Assembly (NCBI GenBank): GCA_051893965.1
Contig: JBJFHW010000232.1
Coordinates: 1-42,764 of the forward strand
Direction of reading: 5' to 3'
DNA from: Acutalibacteraceae bacterium
GTDB taxonomy: Bacteria; Bacillota; Clostridia; Oscillospirales; Acutalibacteraceae
DNA: 42,764 bases
The position numbers and the translations under genes are program-made. The notes below the pieces were generated by a model. The model ran no database searches. It saw only the letters and a list, made by a program, of their open reading frames with translations, and had not been told where the DNA came from. Numbering within the stretch: the stretch's first letter is position 1; the number at the start of each line of letters is the position of its first letter. Below, piece after piece: positions 1-10,900 of this stretch.

Positions 1-64
1 ATATTTGTTTAGCCTCAAAACCTTGACTTTTTAATTCAATTTTGATATCTTCAAGTAAGAGCAT
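1..64 (-). CDS. partial CDS (5' end only, continues past left edge), product unknown
   Basis: ATG at 64-62 preceded by GAAAGGAGAAACC RBS. The frame stays open to the window edge, with N-terminus MLLLEDIKIELKSQGFEAKQI. Too short to assign a function. Confidence 0.35.
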   Translation of the reverse strand, partial: MLLLEDIKIELKSQGFEAKQI

Positions 65-178
65 AGGTTTCTCCTTTCACGGTTTGTCTAAGCAACTACC
101 ATTCTGGAGCTTCCTATGCTCTTTTTCAATATTTATTTTTTATTTTTTTAGTTTATTCCCCATCTTTCCGTGAAGAGG

Positions 179-631
179 CTATTTTTCGCGTCTGAGCGAT
201 TTAAAAAATTCCGTCAGAAGCTTCTGACATTCCTCCTGCATATAACCACCGATGATCTGCACCGGACTTTCCGCAATTACCTGCGGCAAATTAACCGCAC
301 TGAAGCACGATCCGGCTCTTTCATCATAGGCGCCGAAAATCACCCTTGAAACTCTGGCATTTATGATTGCACCGGCACACATCGGGCACGGCTCAAGCGT
401 AACATACAGTTCACAGCCGTCAAGCCGCCATGAGCCTGTTTTTTGGCAAGCTTCATGAATGGCTTCCATCTCTGCATGAGCAAGTGCATTTTTTTGTTCT
501 TCCCGCCTGTTTCTTCCGCAGGCGATGATCTTTCCGTTTTTCACGATTACCGCACCGACCGGGACTTCCCCGTCAGCTGCCGCCTCTTTCGCAAGGCAAA
601 TCGCTTTTTCCATCAACTCCCTGTCTGTCAT
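179..631 (-). CDS. tadA: tRNA-specific adenosine deaminase
   Basis: 150 aa with CMP/dCMP-type zinc deaminase motifs HAEMEAI and PCPMCAGAI. Size and motif spacing are typical of TadA. Confidence 0.9.
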   Translation of the reverse strand: MTDRELMEKAICLAKEAAADGEVPVGAVIVKNGKIIACGRNRREEQKNALAHAEMEAIHEACQKTGSWRLDGCELYVTLEPCPMCAGAIINARVSRVIFGAYDERAGSCFSAVNLPQVIAESPVQIIGGYMQEECQKLLTEFFKSLRREK

Positions 632-632
632 A

Positions 633-1664
633 TCAGCCGAGTTTTACATACGCAGAGGTATAGAAAAGCATAACCGCAATTGCGATGATCATTGTCGGGT
701 TAAAAATATATGCCCATGTTTTTTCTCCCGTCGAAAGAGTGCAGCTGCTTCTGTGAAGCGGCGAAACTTCCTTTGCCTTGCGGACATAAAACAGCAGTGA
801 AACAAGACCCGCAATAAGCAGAAAATAAACAATGAAATTATAAAGCAGATTTACGGTGTTCTGGTTCACATTGGAATCGAGCAAATAAGAAAAAATATCG
901 GAAACGAAATTGTTAAGTGCATGAATAAAAATTGCCGGCCATAAGCTCCCGGTTGTGACAGTAATATAACCGAGCCCTAAACCAACAATCAGCGCAAACG
1001 GTGCCTGAATCAGATTGCAGTGCATCAGACCGAATGCACAGGCAGACATGGCAACGGCAAAGCCTTCGCCGTATTTTCTCAGCGGCTGCATAGCACAACC
1101 TCTGAGCGCAATTTCCTCTGTCAAAGCCGCAATGATGCAAACCCGAAGCACAGACAAAATAAAACCTGAAACGCCTGTCGGATTTGCCATTTCGGGCGAT
1201 GAAAGTTTGACGCCGAAAGCAGAAAGAAAAACCGTCAGATACGAAGTAACAATATTCGCAAGCATGCAGATTCCCAGCCCTGCGGGAATGGCAAGCAGAG
1301 AAAGCGATGTGCTGTTCGGCTTTCCCAGCGGAATAAGGTCAACTTCGGGACTTCTCTTTTCCATGACTTTTCCGAAAATATAAAACGGAAGCAAAATGGT
1401 TATAACCGTCAGTAAAATGTCTATACCAAACTGAAAATAGGCATTTTTCATATAGCTGTCGTAAAGACCTGTTAAATATAAAATCAGCGTTGCAAGATTT
1501 TGAAACAGAAACACCAGAAGAATCGCCGCACCGGTAAGCGTGCCGAGAATGCGGATTTCTTTTTTATCGGCATTTTTTCTGATAATGTTTTGCTGAACCA
1601 TCTGATAATATTCGTCCTGACCGTACGGTGGCGGATTATATCCGCCGTTATAATTCTGATACAC
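633..1664 (-). CDS. CPBP family intramembrane glutamic endopeptidase (CAAX protease-like)
   Basis: 343-aa polytopic membrane protein with CPBP motifs EEIALRG, FGLMH and HALNN. It has a Pro/Tyr-rich cytoplasmic N-terminus and a GTG start with a GGTGA RBS. Confidence 0.8.
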   Translation of the reverse strand: MYQNYNGGYNPPPYGQDEYYQMVQQNIIRKNADKKEIRILGTLTGAAILLVFLFQNLATLILYLTGLYDSYMKNAYFQFGIDILLTVITILLPFYIFGKVMEKRSPEVDLIPLGKPNSTSLSLLAIPAGLGICMLANIVTSYLTVFLSAFGVKLSSPEMANPTGVSGFILSVLRVCIIAALTEEIALRGCAMQPLRKYGEGFAVAMSACAFGLMHCNLIQAPFALIVGLGLGYITVTTGSLWPAIFIHALNNFVSDIFSYLLDSNVNQNTVNLLYNFIVYFLLIAGLVSLLFYVRKAKEVSPLHRSSCTLSTGEKTWAYIFNPTMIIAIAVMLFYTSAYVKLG

Positions 1665-1681
1665 CTTTTTTCACCAACCTG

Positions 1682-2467
1682 TTATGAATAGATCATGCCG
1701 ACAATTCTGTTGACGGCGCTCATCGGGAGCACCTTTGAAAGGAAAGCAAAAAGCTTATACTGTGCCCCTGTTGTTGAAAGCGGCTTGACTTTTTTCTTCT
1801 GAGCAAGCTTATATACCGCTTTTGCAATCGCCTCGGGCGTCATGCCGTTTTGTTCGTCGTGTTCCATGGTTTCAATGCTCTTTTTAAGCCTTTCACCATA
1901 GACAGACTGACCTGCGGTTTCTTTTTCGCGCACCTGTGTAAAGGAAGTTTTCACATCACCCGGCATCAGTGCGCAGACGCTGATGCCAAACGTTCTTGTT
2001 TCGTTCGCCAAAGCAAGCGTTAACGAGTTGATGGCCGATTTGGAAGCCGAATAAAACGCCTGAAACGGAATGGGAAGCGGTGCAGCCATGGAACTTATGT
2101 TGATAATTCTTCCGCCGCCGCTTTTTCGCATAAAATCAATCACACTTTTGCAGCAGATGAAACAGCCGAAAAAGTTCACTTCAAATTGCTTTTTCGCCTG
2201 CGCCAGATCGGTAAACTCAACAGCGCCCGAAATTCCGAAGCCGGCATTGTTCACAAGCAAGTCTATTTTGCCCTCCCCGGCAAAAATTTTTTCAAATGTG
2301 CTTTTCACCTGTTCTTCATCGGTCACATCGCATTTCAAATGCCTGATTGTTTCATCTTCGCCGCCTCTTCGGCTCAAAGAATAAACACGCCAGCCGTTTT
2401 CTGAAAAAAGCTTGGCACAGGCAAGTCCGATTCCGCTTGAACCACCCGTTATGACTGCAACTTTCAT
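1682..2467 (-). CDS. SDR family oxidoreductase
   Basis: ORF 1682-2515 trimmed to the ATG at 2467, which has an AAAGGAAG RBS. Contains the TGGSSGIG Rossmann motif, NNAG, and the catalytic YSASK (YxxxK). Confidence 0.85.
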   Translation of the reverse strand: MKVAVITGGSSGIGLACAKLFSENGWRVYSLSRRGGEDETIRHLKCDVTDEEQVKSTFEKIFAGEGKIDLLVNNAGFGISGAVEFTDLAQAKKQFEVNFFGCFICCKSVIDFMRKSGGGRIINISSMAAPLPIPFQAFYSASKSAINSLTLALANETRTFGISVCALMPGDVKTSFTQVREKETAGQSVYGERLKKSIETMEHDEQNGMTPEAIAKAVYKLAQKKKVKPLSTTGAQYKLFAFLSKVLPMSAVNRIVGMIYS

Positions 2468-2534
2468 GAATACTACTTCCTTTAATTTAAACGAAACAAA
2501 AATATTTGCTTGCATTCATATATTTTAAAAAAGC

Positions 2535-3938
2535 TTAATTTTCTTCGCTTTCTTCTTTTCCGCTTTTTCTCAGTGCTGTGCGCTGATTTTTCTTGATTCC
2601 TTCGGTGCTCGACGGAACAAACATAATTTTAAGCGTCATAAGAATCAATCTGAAATCTTCGGTCACGGACTGATTTGCAATATACATCAGATCCATCTGA
2701 ACCTTGTCATAAGGCGGTGTGTTATATTTTCCATAGACCTGAGCATAACCGGTCAGACCCGCTTTTGTCTGAAGTCTGAGTGCAAACTCCGGCATGGTTT
2801 CTTCATATTCCTTTGCAATTTCCGGTCTTTCCGGACGCGGACCGACAATCGACATGGAGCCGGAAAGAATGTTGAACATCTGAGGAAGCTCATCAATGCG
2901 GCATTTTCTGATAAATCTGCCGACTCTTGTTATTCTATCGTCTCCGTCTTCGGCAAGCCTTGCAACACCGTCTTTTTCGGCGTCAACTTTCATGCTTCTG
3001 AATTTGATGATTTTGAACTTTTTGCCGTTTAAAGTGAGCCTTGTCTGCTTATAAAAAACCGGACCACCGTCATCAATCTTGATGGCAATTGCCGTCAGAA
3101 GCATAACCGGACTTAAAGCAATAATGGCAACAAGTGAAAAAACAATATCGCTGAAGCGTTTGATAAAAGCATAAATCAGGCTTGTATCGCTTCGTTTGCA
3201 GCGGTAAACAGGAACGTTCATCAGCTGAATGATTCTGCCGCCGCGGATAATCGTGTCTGAAATTTTCGGCTTAACATAGGCAACCTTTCCGGTGGCAATG
3301 CAGTGCTTGACCACTTCGTTTCGGTAATCCGACGGAACACCGCAAAGGAAAACCGCGTCAACGCTTTTCATATAATCATAAAGCTCTTCAAGGGTCGTTT
3401 TTTCGGAATTGACTGTTCTGACAACACGAAAACGCTGCTCAATGCTTCTGATTCCCTTAATGGAAAGATAGGCATTGACATCGCCGAAAACAACGATAGT
3501 CTTTTTCGGAACATGCATTTTGAAATAGATTGAGTTGACAATCAAAACCCAGACTGCGGCAAAAGCCGAAAACACAAGGAACATAATGACAAACGGCCAG
3601 ACCGAAACCAGTTTGTAGCTTAAAAGTGAAAAAATAATATAAGAAAATGCCTGCAAAAATGCAATTGCAATAATCTGGGAAAAAATGAGATCCGAAACAG
3701 GCGATGTGCCCACAAGAAAGCCTCCATATACCTTGACGAAGCTTATATAAATTACAAGAAACAGCACGCCGAGAAAATAGTTACCGTATCTGAAGAACGG
3801 AACCGGAACATAAGGGTTATAATATCTTGTCCAGCAATAATACATCGCGCCCGCAAAAAGGGCGCTTATCAGTATTTTAAAAAAATAAAGTATCAGTTTT
3901 TCTTTCACATATTTTCTTTTAAACATAAAAGTTTCCAT
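2535..3938 (-). CDS. polyprenyl-phosphate glycosyl-1-phosphate transferase (bacterial sugar transferase, WbaP/EpsL type)
   Basis: 467 aa with N-terminal TM helices and a C-terminal Bac_transf-type domain (KFRSM, DELPQMFNILSGSMSIVGPRPERP). AGGGGA RBS. Confidence 0.85.
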   Translation of the reverse strand: METFMFKRKYVKEKLILYFFKILISALFAGAMYYCWTRYYNPYVPVPFFRYGNYFLGVLFLVIYISFVKVYGGFLVGTSPVSDLIFSQIIAIAFLQAFSYIIFSLLSYKLVSVWPFVIMFLVFSAFAAVWVLIVNSIYFKMHVPKKTIVVFGDVNAYLSIKGIRSIEQRFRVVRTVNSEKTTLEELYDYMKSVDAVFLCGVPSDYRNEVVKHCIATGKVAYVKPKISDTIIRGGRIIQLMNVPVYRCKRSDTSLIYAFIKRFSDIVFSLVAIIALSPVMLLTAIAIKIDDGGPVFYKQTRLTLNGKKFKIIKFRSMKVDAEKDGVARLAEDGDDRITRVGRFIRKCRIDELPQMFNILSGSMSIVGPRPERPEIAKEYEETMPEFALRLQTKAGLTGYAQVYGKYNTPPYDKVQMDLMYIANQSVTEDFRLILMTLKIMFVPSSTEGIKKNQRTALRKSGKEESEEN

Positions 3939-4026
3939 ACTTCCCCTTTGAACTCATTTCAGCAATCCGTTCAAAAGAGAAGTTTCCTTTCCTATTTGCA
4001 TGGTAAACACAGTTTATGTTAAATAT

Positions 4027-5343
4027 TTATCTTTCCATCGGAACCATGGCGCTTTCCACTTGTTTTTTCCATTCAAGCACTTCCTGCTCATTATATTCCT
4101 CCGGAATTGCAAGATATGCCTTCTTTGCAGCGTCGCCCTTTGTTAAAGCGGACGCAGTGCGAAGCAGAACAGGAAGATTTCCCATTCCCTTTGTTGCTCT
4201 GCTGATAATGCTTGAAAATGAAATCGGGCCGCCCTTGTCTCTCCCGAAATTCAAATCGTTTTCGGTGATAATCTGTTTATCGAAAAGATAATCGATTCCG
4301 TCAACGGGCAAACTGATCATAACGTTTTTGAGAATATCAATCGAGGCAAACCCCGCACCGAAATGCTTGATATATTTGACATTATAATCCCAAAGCGTTT
4401 TTGCGCTGAAAACATTGTCTATATCGCTCAGAACGGTTGTTGCAAGAATTTTACCGGCGCGAAGAGCGGCGCAGATTCCCGAACCGTTCATCGGAATGGT
4501 CATATAAGCGCTGTCTCCGACTGCGGCATAGCCGTCGCAAACCATAACGGAAAGCGGAGATCTGATGGGAATATTGCAAAGCTGTCCGCCGCGAAGAAGC
4601 TTTCTTCCGATTTGCGGACTGAACTGTCTCATTTTTTCAAGATTCTCTTCAATTTCCGCTTCCGAAAGCGGCTTCATTCTTCCGATCAGAACATCAACAC
4701 AGTCTTCTTCCGTAACAACCCATGAAATTCCCTTTTCGCCGTTCGGAACAAGAAAGACTTCATAATTACATTCCGGCTCATCACCCGGAACCTTATCAAA
4801 ATATGCCCTGTAAGCATAAAGAGAATCGCCGTAGCCGTAGTCACGGTCAACATTGCAGCAGACAGGAAGATTTTTTCTGACCGGCGAATCAATTCCGGCG
4901 GCGTCGATTACCAGATCACCCAACACCGGACCGTCAACCGTATCAATTCCGACAACCCTGAGCCCCTCCATAACCGGACCGAGAATGACCGTGTTGAAAA
5001 TGAATTTTACTCCTCTTTCCTGAGCAAAATCAATTAAATCATCATAAATTTTCTTTCTTTCAATTTTTGCCGAACCGTTTCCGTTTGCAGGAACCTTTAG
5101 CGGCGCAGACAAAGCCGGATTATAAAAAAGCATGTCGCCGTTTCTTTCAAAAGTTCCCTCTTCGGGAACCGGCAGACCGACCTGTGAGAAGGCATGAAGG
5201 TCAACCGCATCAAGCCAGTCGTAGCCCAATTCGTCTCTCACTTTCTTTTCATAAACCGTCACGTCATATCCTTTTTCGGCAAGCAAAGCACCGGCAACGA
5301 TTCCGCCGTGTCCGGCACCCGCAACAATAATCTTCTTACTCAT
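4027..5343 (-). CDS. NAD(P)/FAD-dependent oxidoreductase (geranylgeranyl-reductase-like fold)
   Basis: 438 aa with an N-terminal dinucleotide-binding motif KIIVAGAGHGGIVAG...YEKK. AAGGGGA RBS. Substrate unknown. Confidence 0.75.
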   Translation of the reverse strand: MSKKIIVAGAGHGGIVAGALLAEKGYDVTVYEKKVRDELGYDWLDAVDLHAFSQVGLPVPEEGTFERNGDMLFYNPALSAPLKVPANGNGSAKIERKKIYDDLIDFAQERGVKFIFNTVILGPVMEGLRVVGIDTVDGPVLGDLVIDAAGIDSPVRKNLPVCCNVDRDYGYGDSLYAYRAYFDKVPGDEPECNYEVFLVPNGEKGISWVVTEEDCVDVLIGRMKPLSEAEIEENLEKMRQFSPQIGRKLLRGGQLCNIPIRSPLSVMVCDGYAAVGDSAYMTIPMNGSGICAALRAGKILATTVLSDIDNVFSAKTLWDYNVKYIKHFGAGFASIDILKNVMISLPVDGIDYLFDKQIITENDLNFGRDKGGPISFSSIISRATKGMGNLPVLLRTASALTKGDAAKKAYLAIPEEYNEQEVLEWKKQVESAMVPMER

Positions 5344-5596
5344 TTCATATTATCCCCTTTTTATAATATAATTATTAAATTAAAAAAAGCTGTTCAAACA
5401 AGAAAGTTTGATTCGCTGCAATCATTTTGATATAACTGTCCTTTAAGCCTGAAACGGAGAAGTTTCAATGCCAATTAATAACAATTATGTATATCAGTTT
5501 AAATTTTACCATAAATTTCAAAAAATGTAAAGGCAGGAGGTTCGCCCGGCTCACTGTAAAGCAAGACAAACAAAAAGGAATTTTTTGCAAAACTCA

Positions 5597-5625
5597 TTGA
5601 CAAAACATTCCTGATATTCTATAAT
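5597..5625 (+). promoter_or_regulatory. sigma-A type promoter (TTGACA-N17-TATAAT)
   Basis: Perfect consensus hexamers at 5597-5602 and 5620-5625 with a 17-nt spacer, about 65 nt upstream of the 5689 start codon. Confidence 0.6.
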
Positions 5626-5688
5626 ACAAATGTATCAGCGAAAGTGTGTCCATTTTCGTACCAACTCAATATAAGGAGGAATATTCTT

Positions 5689-6111
5689 ATGAAAAAAGCA
5701 TTATCATTATTTCTTGCGGTGCTTATGCTCTTCTCCATCAGCGCTGTAACCTTTGCTTCTGCCGAAGGTGAAGAAAAGTTTTATTCAATCACCTTTGTTG
5801 ATTATGACGGAACCGAGCTTGCCGCTCTCACGGTTGCAGAAAGCGGAATTGTTAAGGCTCCCGAAAATCCGACAAGAGCATCAACCGAAACCGTAAATTA
5901 TGTTTTCAAAGGCTGGTCAAGTGACGGTGGCCAGACAATCTATCATGCAAGCACAATTCCCCTTGCAACATCAGATGTTACATACACAGCAATTTACGGC
6001 GAACAAAAGGTTGAAAAGACCACAACATTCTGGAACTTTATCCAATCCATTTTTGCAAGAATCAATGCAGTGTTTGAATATTTTGCAAGAATTTTCGGCA
6101 GAGAAGGCTAA
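5689..6111 (+). CDS. small secreted protein with InlB B-repeat (Listeria-Bacteroides repeat) domain
   Basis: ORF trimmed to the ATG at 5689, which has an AAGGAGGA RBS. Signal peptide MKKALSLFLAVLMLFSISAVTFASA. The repeat signature is YSITFVDYDG...YVFKGWS. Hydrophobic C-terminal tail. Confidence 0.7.
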   Translation: MKKALSLFLAVLMLFSISAVTFASAEGEEKFYSITFVDYDGTELAALTVAESGIVKAPENPTRASTETVNYVFKGWSSDGGQTIYHASTIPLATSDVTYTAIYGEQKVEKTTTFWNFIQSIFARINAVFEYFARIFGREG

Positions 6112-6137
6112 GATTGTAAATTAAAACAAAAATTTTT

Positions 6138-6165
6138 CCCGGCAGCGAATGCCGGGATTTTTTTG
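6138..6165. terminator. intrinsic terminator, probably bidirectional
   Basis: Hairpin CCCGGCA-gcgaa-TGCCGGG followed by ATTTTTTTG on the plus strand and preceded by an A/T run. It sits between convergent genes (5689-6111 plus, 6177-7571 minus). Confidence 0.7.
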
Positions 6166-6176
6166 TTCTGTTTTTG

Positions 6177-7571
6177 TTATGCCTCATTTTCAGAGCCGGT
6201 TGACTCAGCTTCGTCTTTCGGCCCGACCTTTAAAATAACCGTCTTATAAACATGAAGATAAGAAACCAAACTTACAAGCAGTGAAGCAACCTCCGCAATC
6301 GGGAAAGAAAGCCAGACCTTGTTGACATCACCTGTTTTTGAAAGCAGATAAGCTACCGGAATGAGCACAACAAGCTGTCTTGTGAAAGAAACAAGCATCG
6401 AATAATAGCTTTTGCCGATCGCCTGAAAAACCGAGCCCAAAGAAATGCAGCAGCCGGCAACAACAAAGGAGGTGCTGATTATTTTAAGAGCCGGAACACC
6501 GATTGAAAGCATTTCTTCCTTTGCATCGAAAAGCACAAGCATCTGTTCGGGAATCAGCCACATCAGAACCGTTCCGACTGCCATAATCGAGCAGGCAAGA
6601 ATCAGGCTGAAAGAAACCGTTTTTGTCATGCGGTCTTTTCTTTTGCTGCCGTAGTTATAGGCAATAATCGGAACCGTGCCGTTGTTAAGGCCGAAAACCG
6701 GCATGAAGATGAAACTCTGAAGCTTGAAATATACGCCGAAAACAGTTGCCGCCGTTTCGGAAAACGAAAGCAGAATTTTGTTCATCAGATACGTCATAAC
6801 CGAGCCGATTGCCATCATAATAATGGACGGCACACCGATTTTATAAATTTCGGCAATATATTTTGCGCTGGGTCTGAAGCCTTTGATTTGCAGATGAATT
6901 TCTTTATTGAAGAAATGGTTGAGACAAATTCCGACAATGAAAGCCGCAATCTGACCGGTTACCGTTGCAACCGCCGCCCCTTTTGCTTCAAGGCGCGGGA
7001 ACGGGCCGATGCCGAGAATCAAGAACGGATCAAGAATGATGTTGATAATTGCGCCTGTCAGCTGAGAAGCCATGGAAAGAAGCGTTTTGCCCGTTGACTG
7101 CATCAGCCTTTCGCACATCATCTGACCGAACACGCCGAAAGAAAAGATGCAGGCAATTGAAAGATAATCAACACCGTAATCAAATGTCGGCGAATCGGGA
7201 GAAATCTGCGTTTTAAAAAACAGCCTGACTGCGAAGAATCCGAACAGCATGAAAAATGCCGCCATAACAAGGGCAACAAAAAGACCGTTTGACGCCACCT
7301 GATTGGTTTTTTTATAATCCTTTTCTCCGAGACTTCTTGAAACGAGTGCGTTCACGCCGACGCCCGTTCCTCCCGCGAAAGCGATCATCAGGTTCTGAAC
7401 CGGGAATGACAGCGAAACCGCCGTCAGCGCTTCCTGACTGACCTTTGAAACCCAGATGCTGTCAACAACGTTATAAAGAGCCTGAACAAGCATTGAAAGC
7501 ATCATCGGCAGCGACATTGTAATGATAAGCCGTCCTATGGGCATAACGCCCATTTTGTTTTCCTTTTTCAT
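6177..7571 (-). CDS. MATE family efflux transporter
   Basis: ORF trimmed to the ATG at 7571, which has an AGGAG RBS. About 12 TM segments, with an N-terminal signature of MatE type (MPIGRLIITMSLPMMLSMLVQALYNVVDSIWV). Confidence 0.85.
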   Translation of the reverse strand: MKKENKMGVMPIGRLIITMSLPMMLSMLVQALYNVVDSIWVSKVSQEALTAVSLSFPVQNLMIAFAGGTGVGVNALVSRSLGEKDYKKTNQVASNGLFVALVMAAFFMLFGFFAVRLFFKTQISPDSPTFDYGVDYLSIACIFSFGVFGQMMCERLMQSTGKTLLSMASQLTGAIINIILDPFLILGIGPFPRLEAKGAAVATVTGQIAAFIVGICLNHFFNKEIHLQIKGFRPSAKYIAEIYKIGVPSIIMMAIGSVMTYLMNKILLSFSETAATVFGVYFKLQSFIFMPVFGLNNGTVPIIAYNYGSKRKDRMTKTVSFSLILACSIMAVGTVLMWLIPEQMLVLFDAKEEMLSIGVPALKIISTSFVVAGCCISLGSVFQAIGKSYYSMLVSFTRQLVVLIPVAYLLSKTGDVNKVWLSFPIAEVASLLVSLVSYLHVYKTVILKVGPKDEAESTGSENEA

Positions 7572-7961
7572 TTTTATCTCCTGTTTAAATATTTTTATTG
7601 TTATCATTAAAAAAATTATAAGATTTTCAAGTACATTAAAGTTAAGTTCGCATGGAATTCTGACATAATCATTATATCATCTTCATAGTTGCTTATCCAT
7701 ATATTTATTGTAGATTTTACCAATTAGTACAAGGTTGTTTTTGTGCATTATGGCTTTTTCTTGTTGAATTTTAATAAATCCGGCAGTTTGCTTTCGTTAA
7801 TTTTCACGAAATGATTTTTAAGACATTTTAATCTTCATTTGTCGCTTGTTTTGTGGTATAATAACTAAGTTATAAAGGGTATAAAAACGCCGTTATGCCC
7901 GTTTCAAAATTATTTTTAAGAAAAAGCGGAAAGCTTTTTCAAAAGGAGGAAACATTTTCAT

Positions 7962-10900
7962 ATGAAAAAACTCAGAAAAATTCTTGCGGTAGTCCTCTGC
8001 CTTGCCATGCTGACGGGAATTATTCAAATCACTTCCGTTGCGGCAGATGAAAGAACCGTAAGCTCACTTCCCTTTATGTCGGTTTCGGATATTCATTACT
8101 ATCCCGAAAGCCTCATGGGAAACAAAACAGACGACTGGCTTGAGTTCTGCCGTCTCGATTCAAAAATGTATAACGAATCCGAACAGATTCTTCGCACCGG
8201 TCTTGACACAATGGTTGCAAGAGCCAAAAAGCAAGGGGTCAAATATATTCTTGTTCCCGGCGACCTGACAAAAGACAGCGAATATGAAGCGCATGCAGGA
8301 CTTGCCGCGATTTTTGAAGAATATCAGGAAAAATACGGCGTTCAGTTCCTTGTTATCAACGGCAACCACGATGTCAACACAACGAAAGCCTGCACTTTTG
8401 AAAACGACAAAAAAGAAAGCACAAGAGCAATCACTGCCGCCGAATTCCCGCAGGTTTATGCAAAATGCGGGTATGCCGACGCAGTTGACCGTTATGCTTA
8501 TCCGGAAAACGGCGACAAAATTCAGGGTGCCCTTTCCTATGTTTATGACCTTGACGACAACTATCGTCTTATCGTTGTTGACAGCTGCAAATATTCCTTT
8601 GACGAGCCCGGTAAAGATGAAACAGGCGGCAACATTTCTCCCGAACTTATGAGCTGGATTAAGAGCTGGGCAGATAAATCAAAAGAAGACGGCAAAGTTC
8701 CTTTCCTGATGATTCATCACAACATGGCTCCTCACATGGAGGTTGAACCGTCCATCACGTTTGCTTTCCCGCTTGAAGATTATCTTTCCGTTTCCGAACA
8801 GTTTGCTTCATGGGGAATCAACTATACTTTCTCCGGCCATCTTCACACAAACGACATTGCTTCTGTCACGAACGATGACGGCCAAACGCTTTATGACTTT
8901 GAAACCGCCTCTCTCACAGGCTATCCCAACACCTACCGCGAAAATGTCATTTCAAAGAAAGCAAACGGTGAAACCTCCATGCAAAGCACCGCTGTTGACT
9001 TTGATGATGTTGCAAAAATGACCTTTGACGGCATTACATATGACAATAACACTTATAAATACAGAGCCTTTGACCTTTGCTTCGGCGGCGGAATTTCAGA
9101 CAGCGGCAAAGCAGATGTAACCGCTTTCCTTGTCGGTATTGTCAAAAACTATGCCGGTTCTTATATCACTCAGATTAACGAAGCCGGCGGAATTGTTCCG
9201 TTCCTTAAAACAATGGGTATCGACCTTGAACAAATTCTTTCCGACTTCCTTTATCCGTACATCGGAAACGGCTTCAAGATCGGCAGCTATAACATCTTCT
9301 CGGTTGATAATCTGATGTGGTTCATCAATGATTTGTGCGACCAGATTTCCGATCTTTATCTGAAAGAGCCTGAAAAGCTTTATGCACTTCTGACAGATGT
9401 TGTTGATGAGCTGATGAGCATGCAGATTTCAGATGTTCCCTGCACCAAGTTCCTTAACACACTCGGTTTCGGCGACGCTTCAAAGCCCGGTACTCTCGGC
9501 GATGCCGTTTTAACCGCTATGACCTATTGGTACACAGGCAACGAAGACATTTCGGACGATACATTCATCAAAGATGTCATTGATAAGTTTGAAAACGGCG
9601 ACAGCGCAAGCAAGCTTTTCTATAAGCTGATTGACCTTGTTTTGCATGATCTTCTGGAAGACGGAATTCTTTCAAAGCTTGAAATCAGAGTTGACAAGCT
9701 TCTTGCAGACACAAAGATTCAAAAGAAAATGGGCGAAGGCATCAACTATCTGCTCTATTATGTTCTCAAAGGCAACTTCTCCTATATGAACCTGGTTGAC
9801 ACCGTATTCGCACTCGGCGTTCTGCCTTATAAAGATTTGTATGATGTTCTTGACCAGCTTCTTTTTCAAAAATATCTGACAGACAGCCAGCTTGAATCCA
9901 TCGGAATTTTCATCGCTTATGTTCTGAGCGACTTTACAACCGATGAAAACCCGAAACTTCACGGCGACAGCGGCGTAACTTACACAAACAGCGTTGTAAC
10001 AGCCGAAGCAACCCGGGAAAATTACAGACTGCCCACAATGGTAAGCGTCACAATGGGCGAAGATTCCCAGACGCAGGCAACCGTTAACTGGTTCTCAAAA
10101 TACAGCCTTGACGGCGATATTGAAATTTACAAAGCCGACAGTGAGCCGACCTTTACGGGTGTGCCCACAACCGATGCCGATTTCACAATCAGCAAAGAAA
10201 GCAAAACCGTCACAAGATCTTATCCCGGCATTGATCTCGGAATTATCGGTCTTTTCCAATATGCTTTTGAAATGAAGCAGCATACGGTAACGCTTTCCGA
10301 CCTTGAACCCGGCGCAACCTATTACTACCGTGTCGGCAACGCAAAATACGGCTGGTGGAGCGAAACAGGAAAAATCACAACCGCTGACGGTTCAAATAAT
10401 GTAACCTTCTTCCACATGACCGACCCGCAGTCTCAGAACACAAGACAGTATAACAGAGCCTGGAAAAATGTTTTAAACACCGCATTTACCCTTTATCCCG
10501 ACGCTGATTTCATTCTCAACACAGGCGACCTTGTTGACCACGGCGACAACAACAAGCAGTGGCAGTACATGTTCGACTGCGGCGCAGATACGCTCATGAA
10601 CACCTATATGATGCCGGTTTCGGGCAACCATGAAGCGATGGGTACAAATGCAACGGCAAACTATTTTGTTTTGCCGAACATGCCGAAGCAGGACACAACC
10701 TCAGGCGTTTATTATTCGTTTGATTACAACAATGTTCACATTGCCGTTCTGAACACCAACGCTCTTGAAGAGGACGATTCTCTTTCAAAAGAGCAGATTG
10801 AATGGCTCACAAACGATATGAACAGCAGCGATGCGCAGTGGAAGTTTGTTGCACTTCACAAGGCAATTTATTCACAGGGCTCACACTATGACGACGACGA

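Noticed and set aside
65-178. Possible SRP (scRNA/4.5S) RNA downstream of tadA, as in the Bacillus tadA-scr-dnaX arrangement
   Set aside because: The 114-nt gap lacks the conserved domain IV signature (GGAAGCAGCC-like) and any extended hairpin. It looks like a plain promoter and RBS region for the next gene.
7693-7701. DnaA-box-like TTATCCATA in the 354-bp AT-rich divergent region, considered as a possible origin
   Set aside because: It is a single imperfect box, there is no cluster, and there is no dnaA/dnaN context.
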